Below, in pieces: positions 30,844-44,021 of a stretch of DNA of 64,000 nucleotides (position 1 is its first letter; every line of letters starts with the position of its first letter). A program made the position numbers and the translations under genes. Under the pieces are notes generated by a model. That model saw nothing but the letters and a program-made list of their open reading frames with translations. It was not told the DNA's origin and did no database searches. The stretch covers positions 832,001 to 896,000 of the forward strand of contig OZ245046.1 of assembly GCA_965224245.1 (NCBI GenBank), read 5' to 3'. The stretch comes from Candidatus Eiseniibacteriota bacterium. GTDB lineage: Bacteria > Eisenbacteria > RBG-16-71-46 > CAZAMP01.

Positions 30844-31626
30844 ATGACCTTCGAAACGCTGACCGTCGAGCGAGACGGGGCCATCGCCACCGTCTCCATC
30901 AACCGCCCCAAGGCGCTGAACGCGCTGAACGCGGCCGTCCTGGGGGAGCTCGACGCGCTCGTGAGTGCCCTCGCCGCCGACGAGTCGCTGCGGGCCGTCA
31001 TCCTGACCGGCGCCGGCGACCGGTCCTTCGTGGCCGGAGCCGACATCCCCGAAATGAAGGGCCTCGGGGGCCCCGAGGCGGCGGCCTTCTCGAGGCGGGG
31101 CCAGGCGGTCTTCTCCGCCATCGAGGCGCTCGAGGTGCCCGTGATCGCCGCGATCAACGGGTTCGCGCTGGGCGGCGGGCTCGAGCTGGCCCTCTGCGCC
31201 CACATCCGGGTGGCGGCGCGCACCGCCAAGCTGGGCCTTCCCGAGGTGACGCTGGGGCTCATCCCCGGCTACGGGGGCACCCAGCGCCTGCCCCGCCTGA
31301 TCGGCCGGGGCCCTGCGCTGGAGCTCATCCTGACCGGGGCGTTCGTGGACGCCGAGCGGGCCGCCGCGCTGGGCCTCGTGAACCGGGTCGTGGATCCCGA
31401 GCATCTGACCGCCGAGACCCGGGCGCTGGCCGATGCGATCGCGAAGGTCGGCCCCCGGGCGGTGTCGGCCGCGCTCGGCGCCGTGCGCCGGGGGCTGGAT
31501 CTACCGCTCAGCGAGGGGCTGGGGGCCGAGGCGGACGCCTTCGGCGCCCTCTTCGAGACCCGGGACGCCGCCGAGGGGATCGCCGCATTCATGGAGAAGC
31601 GCAAGCCGGCCTTCGACGGGCGGTGA
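30844..31626 (+). CDS. enoyl-CoA hydratase (crotonase)
   Basis: NRPKALNALN, FVAGADI, NGFALGGGLEL, GLPEVTLGLIPGYGGTQRL. Confidence 0.94.
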   Translation: MTFETLTVERDGAIATVSINRPKALNALNAAVLGELDALVSALAADESLRAVILTGAGDRSFVAGADIPEMKGLGGPEAAAFSRRGQAVFSAIEALEVPVIAAINGFALGGGLELALCAHIRVAARTAKLGLPEVTLGLIPGYGGTQRLPRLIGRGPALELILTGAFVDAERAAALGLVNRVVDPEHLTAETRALADAIAKVGPRAVSAALGAVRRGLDLPLSEGLGAEADAFGALFETRDAAEGIAAFMEKRKPAFDGR

Positions 31627-31699
31627 CGGCGGGGGGGGTGCGCCCGCGCGCCGGCGGTGATACTCTCTTCTGCGCCAAAACGGCATCACCGACGATCGC

Positions 31700-31781
<82 letters not shown>

Positions 31782-31841
31782 CACGCCGCCCGCGCGCCGC
31801 GTCGTCGTTCTCCGGCGTCCATCCGAGGAAGGAACTGGCCC

Positions 31842-33125
31842 GTGAAGGTCGAGGTCAAAGAAACCGGCGAGTGGAAGCGCGAGCTCTTCGTCGAGCTGAC
31901 GGACGAGGAAGTGCGCGCCGAGATGAAGCGCGTGGTCAGGGAGTTCCGCAAGAAGACGCAGCTCCCGGGCTTCCGCAAGGGCAAGGTGCCCGAGACGATC
32001 ATCGAGCAGCGGTTCTCGCAGCATCTCGAGAAGGAGATGCTCAACACCGTCATCCCCAAGGCGTACAAGGAGGCGGTGGCCGAGTCCGAGCTCGATCCGA
32101 TCGCGCCGGGGACCATCCGCGACTTCGACTACAAGAAGGGTGAGCCCCTGTCGTTCTACGCGGACCTCGAGATCCGCCCGTCGCTGGTGCTGAAAGACCT
32201 CGACGACATCGAGCTCCAGAAGCGCATCTTCGACGTGCCCGAGGAGGAGATCCAGAGCACGATCGACGCGCTCCTCGATCAGGGCGCCACCTGGGAGACG
32301 GTCGAGCGCCCGAGCGAGAGCGGTGATCGGGTCAAGCTCGAGCTTCGCGACCAGACCGACGGCGCCACCGACGACGCTCCGGAGGAGACCGAGGTCGTCG
32401 TCGGGGCCGATGGCATGCTGCCCGAGTTCGTGGAGGCGCTCACCGGCGCCGGCGCCGGGGACGAGAAGACCGTTCCGGTGAGCTATCCCGACGAGATGGA
32501 GCAGGAGGAGCTGAAGGGCTCGTCGCGCACGTTCGCGGTCAAGGTGCTCGAGGTGTCCGAGAAGAAGCTACCGGCGTTCGACGATGCATTCGCGTCGGAG
32601 CTGGGTTACGAATCCACCGAGGCGCTCCGGGCGAAGATCCAGGCCCGGCTCGAGGCCGAAGAGGTGGAGCGGGCGGACCGGGAGCTCGAGGGCATGCTGA
32701 TCGAGGCCATCGTGCAGCGGCACCCGTTCGACGCGCCCGATGCCATGGTCGAGAACCTGCTCACGAACATCGCGCGCGACTACCGCGTGCCCGACGAGCA
32801 GATGGAGGAGTTCCGGGAGAGCCAGCACGCCGCGGCGGTCCGCTACGTGAAGCGGGCGCTGGTGCTGGACGCGGTGATCGAGGCCGAGGAGCTGACCGCG
32901 TCCGACGAGGAGTGCGAGGCGGAGCTGACCAAGGAGGTCGAGGACGACCGCCAGGCGGCCAAGCGAATCGCCCAGGCTCGCAAGAGCGGCGAGCTGGAGC
33001 GAATCCGCCACCGCCTCCGCGAGCGAAAGGCGCTCGATTTTCTCCTCGGCAAGGCCGAAGTAGAAGAGGTGCGCGGGCCTAGGCCTGCACTGCCGCCCGA
33101 AGAGGGCGGCGCGGCGGCGGGCTAG
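31842..33125 (+). CDS. tig: trigger factor
   Basis: PGFRKGKVP signature, FKBP-like middle domain; upstream of clpP-clpX. Confidence 0.95.
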   Translation: MKVEVKETGEWKRELFVELTDEEVRAEMKRVVREFRKKTQLPGFRKGKVPETIIEQRFSQHLEKEMLNTVIPKAYKEAVAESELDPIAPGTIRDFDYKKGEPLSFYADLEIRPSLVLKDLDDIELQKRIFDVPEEEIQSTIDALLDQGATWETVERPSESGDRVKLELRDQTDGATDDAPEETEVVVGADGMLPEFVEALTGAGAGDEKTVPVSYPDEMEQEELKGSSRTFAVKVLEVSEKKLPAFDDAFASELGYESTEALRAKIQARLEAEEVERADRELEGMLIEAIVQRHPFDAPDAMVENLLTNIARDYRVPDEQMEEFRESQHAAAVRYVKRALVLDAVIEAEELTASDEECEAELTKEVEDDRQAAKRIAQARKSGELERIRHRLRERKALDFLLGKAEVEEVRGPRPALPPEEGGAAAG

Positions 33126-33232
33126 CATCGGGGCGGCGCCCATCGAGGGGCGCCGTGGAGTCAGGACGGCGGCGCGCGCGCCGCGGTCGAATCACGCACA
33201 TCCGCGAACGGAATCCTCCGAAAGGGGTGGTC

Positions 33233-33820
33233 ATGGGCCTGGTGCCGATCGTCGTCGAGCAAACGAGCCGGGGAGAGCGGTCGTGGGATATCTACTCGCG
33301 CTTGCTCAAGGACCGCATCGTCTTCATCGGCCAGCCGATCGACGATCACATCGCGAACGTCGTCATCGCGCAGCTCCTGTTCCTGGAGGCCGATGACCCC
33401 GAGCGCGACATCAGCCTGTACATCAACTCGCCCGGCGGAATGGTGACGGCGGGTCTGGCCATCTACGACACGATGCAGTTCATCAAGCCCGACGTGGGAA
33501 CGATCTGCCTCGGACAGGCGGCCAGCATGGGCGCCATCCTGCTGGCCGCGGGAGCGCCGGGGAAGCGGTCGGCGCTGCCCAACGCGCGCGTGATGATCCA
33601 TCAGCCGCTCGGGGGAAGTCAGGGGCAGGCCGCCGACATCGAGATCTATGCCAACGAGATCCTCGCGACGCGAGAGCGGCTGAACACCGTCCTGGCGATG
33701 CACACCGGGAAGAGCGTGGAGCAGATCGAGGTCGACACCGACCGAAACTACTTCATGTCGGCCCCCGAGGCGAAGGAATATGGTATCGTCGACGACGTCA
33801 TCGTCAACCGGGGTGGTTAG
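33233..33820 (+). CDS. clpP: ATP-dependent Clp protease proteolytic subunit
   Basis: [41 protein letters not shown]. Confidence 0.98.
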   Translation: MGLVPIVVEQTSRGERSWDIYSRLLKDRIVFIGQPIDDHIANVVIAQLLFLEADDPERDISLYINSPGGMVTAGLAIYDTMQFIKPDVGTICLGQAASMGAILLAAGAPGKRSALPNARVMIHQPLGGSQGQAADIEIYANEILATRERLNTVLAMHTGKSVEQIEVDTDRNYFMSAPEAKEYGIVDDVIVNRGG

Positions 33821-33943
33821 CTTCCCGAGTCAGTTGCTTCGCGCGTCCTGGGGCGCGCTCGACGTCGAGTCGGACCGCGTCGTCGCGTCCGGCAACTGGG
33901 CCGCGCCAGATCGTGTCCGGCGGCCCGCGCCGAGAGGATCAGC

Positions 33944-35197
<1,254 letters not shown>

Positions 35198-35238
35198 CGT
35201 CCTCTCCTTTCTCTTTTCTTTCTTCATGCGTGCGGGGT

Positions 35239-35368
35239 GGGGTCTCGACTCCGGCGGCGGGATACCCTCGTGCTCGGACAGTCCTCGCCGCGGCGCGCCC
35301 TCGAGGCGCGCCTGATCCGGCTGCGGAAACTGCGCGCGAGGGCATCCCCCCGCCGGAGCCGAGACCCC
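35239..35368. repeat. structured intergenic element, copy 1 (77-bp core in a 25-bp stem)
   Basis: Arms 35239-35263 and 35344-35368 pair 23/25; core 35264-35340 is the reverse complement of 35779-35855 with one mismatch. Confidence 0.9.
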
Positions 35369-35755
35369 GGTCTCGCGCCGGGGAGAAGCTGCGTAAAGAA
35401 ACCTCGGCGTGCGCCACCTCGAGGCGGGAAGCGCTCGGGCTCCGTGGGGGGGCGTGCAGTTGTGAGTGCGCCTCGCGATCGGTGTGCATGGGCGATGGCG
35501 CAGGTGTGAACCTCTCGTGACGCCGGTTGCGTGGGCACAACCGCGAGCGCGTGATTTGTCCATGCCGTGCAGGTGGCGCCGACGTCGACAACCGATACAG
35601 TCACGTCGTTCCAGGACCCTCTCGGACGGCGTTTGTCCCGCCACGTTCACGTTCGTCGGCGGCCCGTCGAAGACGCGACCATCCAGCTCGTATCCCTGCT
35701 GCCGTCTCCAGTGCACGTGCTCTTCGGAGGCCAACGAGAGTCTCCGGCGTTGGAC

Positions 35756-35875
35756 GCCCTCGGAGCGGGCGGGGGACGCTCGCGCGCAGTTTCCGCAGCC
35801 GGATCAGGCGCGCCTCGAGGGCGCGCCGCGGTGAGGACTGTCCGAGCACGAGGGTCCCCCGCCCGCTCCGAGGGC
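35756..35875. repeat. structured intergenic element, copy 2 (inverted; perfect 22-bp stem)
   Basis: GCCCTCGGAGCGGGCGGGGGAC (35756-35777) and GTCCCCCGCCCGCTCCGAGGGC (35854-35875) enclose the same core. Confidence 0.9.
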
Positions 35876-36077
35876 AGGAAACCACGGGAATACCCGCGTT
35901 CCGGGCGAAGGACCCCGCGGTTCAAACGCGCCACCCGCGACCGCGCACCAACCCGGGACGATGGCCGCTCGGGAGTAAGGATCGAACCAGACCCGCCGAT
36001 CGATCTTCACAGACGCCGCGCACGGCGGCCCACGTCTTCGACCGCGGTCTCGAGTCCGCCCCGAGGGATCCCGATCC

Positions 36078-38444
<2,367 letters not shown>

Positions 38445-38457
38445 CCCGGAGCGCCCG

Positions 38458-39999
38458 ATGAACGTGACCGAAGACGAACGGGCCAGACCGGGGCCGGCGA
38501 CGCTCCCTTCGCCGACCGCGACCACTTCGCCGGCCCCGACCGCCGCGCCGACCGCGACCACTCCGCCCAACGCGACCGCCGCGCAGACCCCGACCGCCGC
38601 GCAGACCCCGGTCGCGCCGCCCAACGCGACCGCGCCGCCCAACGCGACCGCGCCGGGCGACGTGCTCACGGCGGGGGGGACGCCCGTGCGACCGATCTCG
38701 GCCCGGGAGCTCGGCGGCGCGTCGCGCCCGTCGCCCGTGCTGAGGTACGTGGCGGCCGGGCTCGTCGGCGTGGCGGTGACGCTCGCCGTCGTGGGGCTCC
38801 CCTGGGGCGGAGCGCGTCCCACGGCGTCCGGTCCGGCGACCGCCACGGACGACGGGGCCGACCCGGTCCTGGCCGCCCGGGCCGGGCTCGCCGGCGCGAG
38901 CGAGGCCGCGGCGCGGCCCGGCGCACGCGGAGCCGCGGCGCCGTCCGAAACGGACGATGTCGCGACGACGTCGATCGCGTCGTCGTCGGCGAGAGCGCCG
39001 GCGCCGGTGACGGCGGGGTCGAGCCTGCTGTCGACATCCGCCGCGGCCGAGGACCCGAGGACGTTCGGCGTGCCCGTGTACAGCGACGTCGAGGTGCGTG
39101 CGTCCACGCAGCGCTACGCGTACCTGCCGGGGCACGTTCGCGACCCGCACGCGGTGGCCGAGTCGACCGTCGTGCCCGAGCCGTCGTCCCCTCCGGTCGA
39201 TCCGGTCGATCCGGCCGACGAGGCGCGGACGCGCGCGGCGTACCGCGAGCGCGTGCGGCAATCGACCTACGACCGGATCCTCCAGGGCGCCGGAATCACG
39301 CCCGAGGAGGCCCGTCAGGAGATCGCCGGTGCGGCCGGGAGCGGACGGCTCGAGGCCCCGGCGACGGGCCCGTCGAGTCCGTCGGCCGACGGTCTGTGGC
39401 CGGACCCCGCGTCCATCGTGGCCGAGAGCCCCGAGCGCGCCCGGGCGGCGCTGGCCATGTCGATGCGGAGCGCCGAGGCCGGCCAGATCGAGCGCGCGCT
39501 CTTGCAGGGGTTCGTCGCGTGGCGTCACGCGCCCCGCGATCCGGAGATCTCGGGCCACATGGCCGAGCTGAGCCTCCGGCGGGACGACGCGCACGCGGCG
39601 ACGTTGTGGGCCCACGAGGCGGTCGCCGCCGACCCGGGCTTCACCCGCGGGTGGGTGGCCCTCGGCGACGCGTGTCTGGCCGATGCGCACACCGCCGACG
39701 CGCGCGACGCCTTCCGCCGGGCGGTCGGGACCGACCCCGACGACTGGCGAGCCACCGCGGGGCTCGCGCGAGCCCAGAGCCTCCTCGGCTTCCACGCCGA
39801 GTCGATCCGGGGCTACCGGAACGCGATCGCGATGGCCAGCCACGAGATCGCGCTGCAGGTCGAGCTGGGGCTGGCGCTGGAGCGGGCCGGGCGGATCGCC
39901 GAGGCGCGACAGGCGTTCCTGGAGTACCTGCGGCTCTCCGACGGACGGGACCCCGATCGCGAGAGCCAGGCCAGGGAGTGGCTGAACCACCACCGCTGA
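38458..39999 (+). CDS. membrane-anchored TPR-repeat protein with Pro/Thr/Ala-rich N-terminus
   Basis: Low-complexity start, one TM (YVAAGLVGVAVTLAVVGL), C-terminal TPR-like helices (AVAADPGFTRGWVALG, AVGTDPDD, ELGLALERAGRIAEA). Confidence 0.75.
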   Translation: MNVTEDERARPGPATLPSPTATTSPAPTAAPTATTPPNATAAQTPTAAQTPVAPPNATAPPNATAPGDVLTAGGTPVRPISARELGGASRPSPVLRYVAAGLVGVAVTLAVVGLPWGGARPTASGPATATDDGADPVLAARAGLAGASEAAARPGARGAAAPSETDDVATTSIASSSARAPAPVTAGSSLLSTSAAAEDPRTFGVPVYSDVEVRASTQRYAYLPGHVRDPHAVAESTVVPEPSSPPVDPVDPADEARTRAAYRERVRQSTYDRILQGAGITPEEARQEIAGAAGSGRLEAPATGPSSPSADGLWPDPASIVAESPERARAALAMSMRSAEAGQIERALLQGFVAWRHAPRDPEISGHMAELSLRRDDAHAATLWAHEAVAADPGFTRGWVALGDACLADAHTADARDAFRRAVGTDPDDWRATAGLARAQSLLGFHAESIRGYRNAIAMASHEIALQVELGLALERAGRIAEARQAFLEYLRLSDGRDPDRESQAREWLNHHR

Positions 40000-40006
40000 C
40001 CTCTCG

Positions 40007-40035
40007 TTGCCCTCCCCCGATCGCTCTGATACGCT
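40007..40035 (+). promoter_or_regulatory. probable sigma70-type promoter of purA
   Basis: TTGCCC-17 bp-TACGCT with TG extension. Confidence 0.5.
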
Positions 40036-40116
40036 CGGCGGTCTTTTGACGAGAACGCCGCCGCCTCCCGGCGGCGTTCCGACGTCGGGCCGTGTCGAGA
40101 ATTCCGGAGCGTCATC

Positions 40117-41433
40117 GTGAGCGTGACCGCGCTGGTCGGCTGTCAGTGGGGCGACGAAGGCAAGGGCAAGATCGTCGACATCCTGTCGGCCGGCGCCGAC
40201 GCCGTCGCCCGCTATCAGGGCGGGGCGAACGCCGGGCACACGGTGGTGATCGGCGACGACAAGCACGTGCTGCATCTGTTGCCCGTGGGCATCCTGCGCG
40301 AGGGGGTGCGTTGCCTCCTCGGCAACGGCATGGTCATCGAGCCCGGCGCGCTCCTGGAGGAGATCGACGCGGTCGAGAGCGCCGGCCGGCGCATCGGCGA
40401 TCGCCTGTCGATCAGCCCCTCGGCCCACTTGATCCTGCCCATCCACAAGGCCGTCGAGCGGCATCGCGAGTCGGCCTGGTCCACCCGCATCGGCACCACG
40501 CTCCGGGGCATCGGGCCCGCGTACGAGACGAAGTGCGCGCGCATCGGGCTCCGGATGGGTGACCTGTTCGACGCCGCGCGCACCCGGGAGCGCGTCGAGG
40601 CCATCCGCCGCTGGGCGCTGGAGTCGGGCTGCCCCGACGCCGAGGTGCCGCCGCTCGACGAGACGATCGCCGAGGTCACCCGGCGGTTCGAGCGCATCGG
40701 GCCGCACGTGCGCGAGCTCCGCGCGGTCACGCGCGAGATCCTCGACGGCGGCGGTGAGCTGCTTCTCGAGGGGGCGCAGGGCGTGCTCCTGGATCTGGAC
40801 CACGGGTCGTATCCGTTCGTGACCTCGTCCAGCACGTCGTCGGGCGGCGCCGCGCTCGGCATCGGGCTCGCGCCCACGCGGCTGGATCGCGTCGTCGGCG
40901 TGGCCAAGGCCTACACCACCCGCGTCGGCGAGGGACCGTTCCCGACCGAGTTCGACGAGGGGCCGCGCACCGATGCGTTCCGCGAGCGGGCCGGCGAGTT
41001 CGGCGCCACCACCGGACGCCCCCGGCGCTGCGGCTGGCTCGACGGCGAGCTCCTGCGCCTCGCGTGCGAGGTGAACGGCGTCACCGCGCTGGTGATCACG
41101 AAGCTCGACGTGCTCGACGGCGAGGAGACGATCCGAATCGCCACCGGGTACGAGAGCGTGGCCGGCGGCGTGGACGGCTGGATCGGCATGCTCGAGCGCG
41201 CGGTGCCGGTGTACGAGGAGCACCCCGGCTGGCACGCGTCGACCGCCGGCGTCACCGAGTGGGACGCGCTCCCCGAAGCGGCGCGCCGCTACGTGGCGCG
41301 GATCGAGGAGATCGCGGGCGTTCCGGTGGCCATGGTGTCGACCGGGGTGCGCCGCGACGAGTTCGTCGTCCGGCACCCGAGTCTTCTGACCGCGCGGGGA
41401 ACGCTCGTGTCGGGAGCGAAGGCCCACCGCTAG
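40117..41433 (+). CDS. purA: adenylosuccinate synthetase
   Basis: QWGDEGKGK, GGANAGHT, EGAQG, YPFVTSS, EFGATTGRPRRCGWLD, TKLDVL. Confidence 0.98.
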   Translation: MSVTALVGCQWGDEGKGKIVDILSAGADAVARYQGGANAGHTVVIGDDKHVLHLLPVGILREGVRCLLGNGMVIEPGALLEEIDAVESAGRRIGDRLSISPSAHLILPIHKAVERHRESAWSTRIGTTLRGIGPAYETKCARIGLRMGDLFDAARTRERVEAIRRWALESGCPDAEVPPLDETIAEVTRRFERIGPHVRELRAVTREILDGGGELLLEGAQGVLLDLDHGSYPFVTSSSTSSGGAALGIGLAPTRLDRVVGVAKAYTTRVGEGPFPTEFDEGPRTDAFRERAGEFGATTGRPRRCGWLDGELLRLACEVNGVTALVITKLDVLDGEETIRIATGYESVAGGVDGWIGMLERAVPVYEEHPGWHASTAGVTEWDALPEAARRYVARIEEIAGVPVAMVSTGVRRDEFVVRHPSLLTARGTLVSGAKAHR

Positions 41434-41580
41434 TCACCTCGTGGTCGGTTAGTCACCTTTTGATCAGTATTGCCTGGCAGGTCGCGGAACGGCCGTCGGG
41501 AGCAGTCGTCCGGCTGGCCTCCGGTGCCTGGTGGATCATGGGATTGCCTGCTCGACGGTTCGGTTCGTTCGTCCCGAGGC

Positions 41581-41870
41581 TCGTTGCACCCGGGTGCAAC
41601 GAACACCCGGGTGCAACGAACACCCGGGTTCAAACGAACACCCGGGCGCAACGAACACGCGGGTGCAAACGAACATCCGGATGCAAACGAACATCCGGAT
41701 GCAAACGAACACCCGGCCACAACGAACACCCGGGTGCAACGAGCACTCGGGTGCAACGAATACGCGGTGCAAACGAACATCCGGATGCAAACGAACACCC
41801 GGCCACAACGAACACCCGGGTGCAACGAACGCCCAGGTCCAACGAACACCCGGGTACAACGAACCCTCGG
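41581..41870. repeat. tandem array of 17-18-bp units: 10-bp palindromic core + CAA(A)CGAA linker
   Basis: 17 cores (consensus CACCCGGGTG, variant CATCCGGATG) separated by CAACGAA/CAAACGAA; starts with the perfect 22-bp palindrome TCGTTGCACCCGGGTGCAACGA. Confidence 0.95.
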
Positions 41871-42039
41871 GCGCTCGGCGTTCACGTCACGCACTCGAGG
41901 TCCTGGATCGAACCCGATCGAACGCCGCGAGCGAGAACGTGACGACCCATCCCAGATGGTCTTGGCCTCGATGTCGGACCTTCCGGGTGCCTGCGACGGT
42001 CCATGCGGAACACGGCGTCGACAGGCGTGCGTTCGCGTC

Positions 42040-42480
42040 CATCCTTCCGGTCTTGCGGCTGGCAGCTCTCGTGTGATGCCCACGCCTCGATCAACGTCCG
42101 GGTCCATGAGGATGTCGCGCCATCGACCGTGAAGTGCTCATCGGAGAGAAGTCCCGCTTCACCCGGCCACGTTCTGCTCGAAGAACGCACGCGCGATGTC
42201 GCCCCTCAGACGCCCACTCGCGGAGAGCCAGCTCGCCGGTGGTCCCGGTTCCTGGTGACCGTCTGGCCCCCACCGGATCGTCGATCTCCAGACCGGCGAA
42301 CCCGCGGAGCAACCGTCTTTGTCCGGTTGCTCCCTCAGCTGACGTGCACGACGGATCGCGTCCAGCGCCAGCAACGACAGCGCTCGAGAGGCTGCTCGGC
42401 AGCTACCGAGGGGCGACGTACCTCCCGCGCATGGATCGAAGCGACTTCGATGGCGTCAGGCGAGTTCCCGGCAACCTGCC
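42040..42480 (-). pseudogene. degenerate IS5-family transposase remnant
   Basis: Fragments in several frames: RPSVAAEQ, AIRRARQLREQ, FAGLEIDDPV, LLSDEHFTVDG...TLIEAWASHES; boundaries approximate. Confidence 0.75.
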
Positions 42481-42539
42481 AGACCGAAAACGCTTCGGAC
42501 GTGTACCCGGGTACACTCTCGATCAGGCGTTACAGCCTA

Positions 42540-43820
42540 TTAGTCCCAGATCTCGTCGTAGATGCGCGCGACGTCGAGCCGCACCGCGAAGCCCGCCGGC
42601 TCCAGGTCCTCGGTCAGATCCCCCGGTGGGGGCAACGTCGCGCTGTCGTACTGCACGTGGCCGTAGGGACCGAGGGGAAGCCGGACGCCCCAGCCCTCGG
42701 TGTCTCCCTCGATCGCGAGCCCGCCGTCGTCGACGTGGCCTCGCCGGATCGAGAAGACGTTGAGAAGCGTCAGCTCCCATCCGTCGCCGTCGATGTCCTG
42801 GTCGCGGATCTCGGGGTCGTCCGCCTGCGGCGTGCGCACCTCGGTCGTGCCGTCGACGCGTCCGAACTGGATCGCGGGCACCATCGCGTCGGCGAGCCAG
42901 CCGAGCCGGCGCGACCGGAGCGACTCGTCGATCGACGTCGGGAGCCCGACCGCGACGCGCCAGGCCGTGCTCGTGCGATCGAGCTGCGGGATCGGCGACG
43001 TCTCGCCGCTCCGGAACTCGACGAACTTGTTCTCGCCGTTCTGCCGCGATCGTCCGACGGCGACGTCGAGGTCCACGAAGCCGACGCGCTGGTGCACGGC
43101 GTCGTGGTACGCGGGGACCAGGACCTCGAGCACCGCGAGCGGATTGATGCGGGCAAGAACGCCGACGTCCTCGATGTCGCCTTCGCCCTTGCCGGCGGTG
43201 CCGTCCGGCGTGGCCCAGGCCGGAGCGAGATCCACCGACAGCTCCTTGTCCGCGTAGCCGAACGCGACGTCGCCGAGGCGGGACGGGGAGACCGTGTCCT
43301 CGTCGAGGCGATCGGCCAGAACGGTGTCGAGGACGCGCGCCACGCTCAGCGAGACGCCGAACCACTGGATGTCCTCGTGGGAGTCGAACTCGCCGAGCAC
43401 GGTGCCCCCGTCGTCGACGACCGAGCTCGTTCCGTAGTCGAGTCGGGTCCGCACGGGGTCGAAGGAGGCGGTCAGACCGACACCGGAGATCTGGAAGAAG
43501 AGGCGGTTGGCGGTGAAGGCGACGTCGTCGGCGAGCTCGGAGACGAGCTTCACCCGCTGGCGCTCGTACTGGAAGTCCTCCCGGTACGACAGGAGCGCCG
43601 GGTTGGCCCAGTCGCTGGTCGCGTCGCCCCAGAAGACGGCCCCCGCGGCGCCGCCCATCCCGGCCGCGCGCGCGGAGGGGTTTCGGATGAGCGACGGCAC
43701 GGAGGACGACTGCGCGTGCGCGGAGGCCCACGGGGTCACGGACGCGGCGGTGATCGCGAGGGCGAGCACGACGGCGGGCGGGAGGGGGCGGCGGCGCGCC
43801 GTCGGGATCGGATGGCACAT
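42540..43820 (-). CDS. outer-membrane beta-barrel protein, PorV/FadL-like
   Basis: Signal peptide (…WASAHA), SLIRNPSARAAGMG and NPALL N-terminal plug-type motifs, amphipathic strands. Confidence 0.65.
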   Translation of the reverse strand: MCHPIPTARRRPLPPAVVLALAITAASVTPWASAHAQSSSVPSLIRNPSARAAGMGGAAGAVFWGDATSDWANPALLSYREDFQYERQRVKLVSELADDVAFTANRLFFQISGVGLTASFDPVRTRLDYGTSSVVDDGGTVLGEFDSHEDIQWFGVSLSVARVLDTVLADRLDEDTVSPSRLGDVAFGYADKELSVDLAPAWATPDGTAGKGEGDIEDVGVLARINPLAVLEVLVPAYHDAVHQRVGFVDLDVAVGRSRQNGENKFVEFRSGETSPIPQLDRTSTAWRVAVGLPTSIDESLRSRRLGWLADAMVPAIQFGRVDGTTEVRTPQADDPEIRDQDIDGDGWELTLLNVFSIRRGHVDDGGLAIEGDTEGWGVRLPLGPYGHVQYDSATLPPPGDLTEDLEPAGFAVRLDVARIYDEIWD

Positions 43821-44021
43821 GACGCGGTCCTTCCTGTGGAACGTGGGAGAGCCACCTGTTGCCGGGATCGTACGCGACGGGGGTGGGGGCGTCGACCGGC
43901 GGTGTGTGCGCCGCGGCGGAGTGGAGGTCGGCGGCTCTCCTGCCGCGGGCGAGCGCGGTGTGTCTCCCGTGGTTCGCGAACCCGATTGCCCCACCCCGCG
44001 ATTCGGTAGTAGCTTCGCGCG

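Noticed and set aside
35201-35225. Pyrimidine tract after clpX as an intrinsic terminator
   Set aside because: No GC hairpin immediately upstream of the T-rich run.
35278-35332. Hammerhead ribozyme reading of the twin element (CAGTC...CTGA...GAAACTG)
   Set aside because: Core is CTGATCC rather than CTGANGA and stem I does not start right after GTC; not called, though a cleavage test is cheap.
41581-41870. CRISPR array or repeat-protein gene
   Set aside because: No unique spacers, period only 17-18 bp, no cas genes; mixed unit length shifts frame and ORFs appear in most frames.
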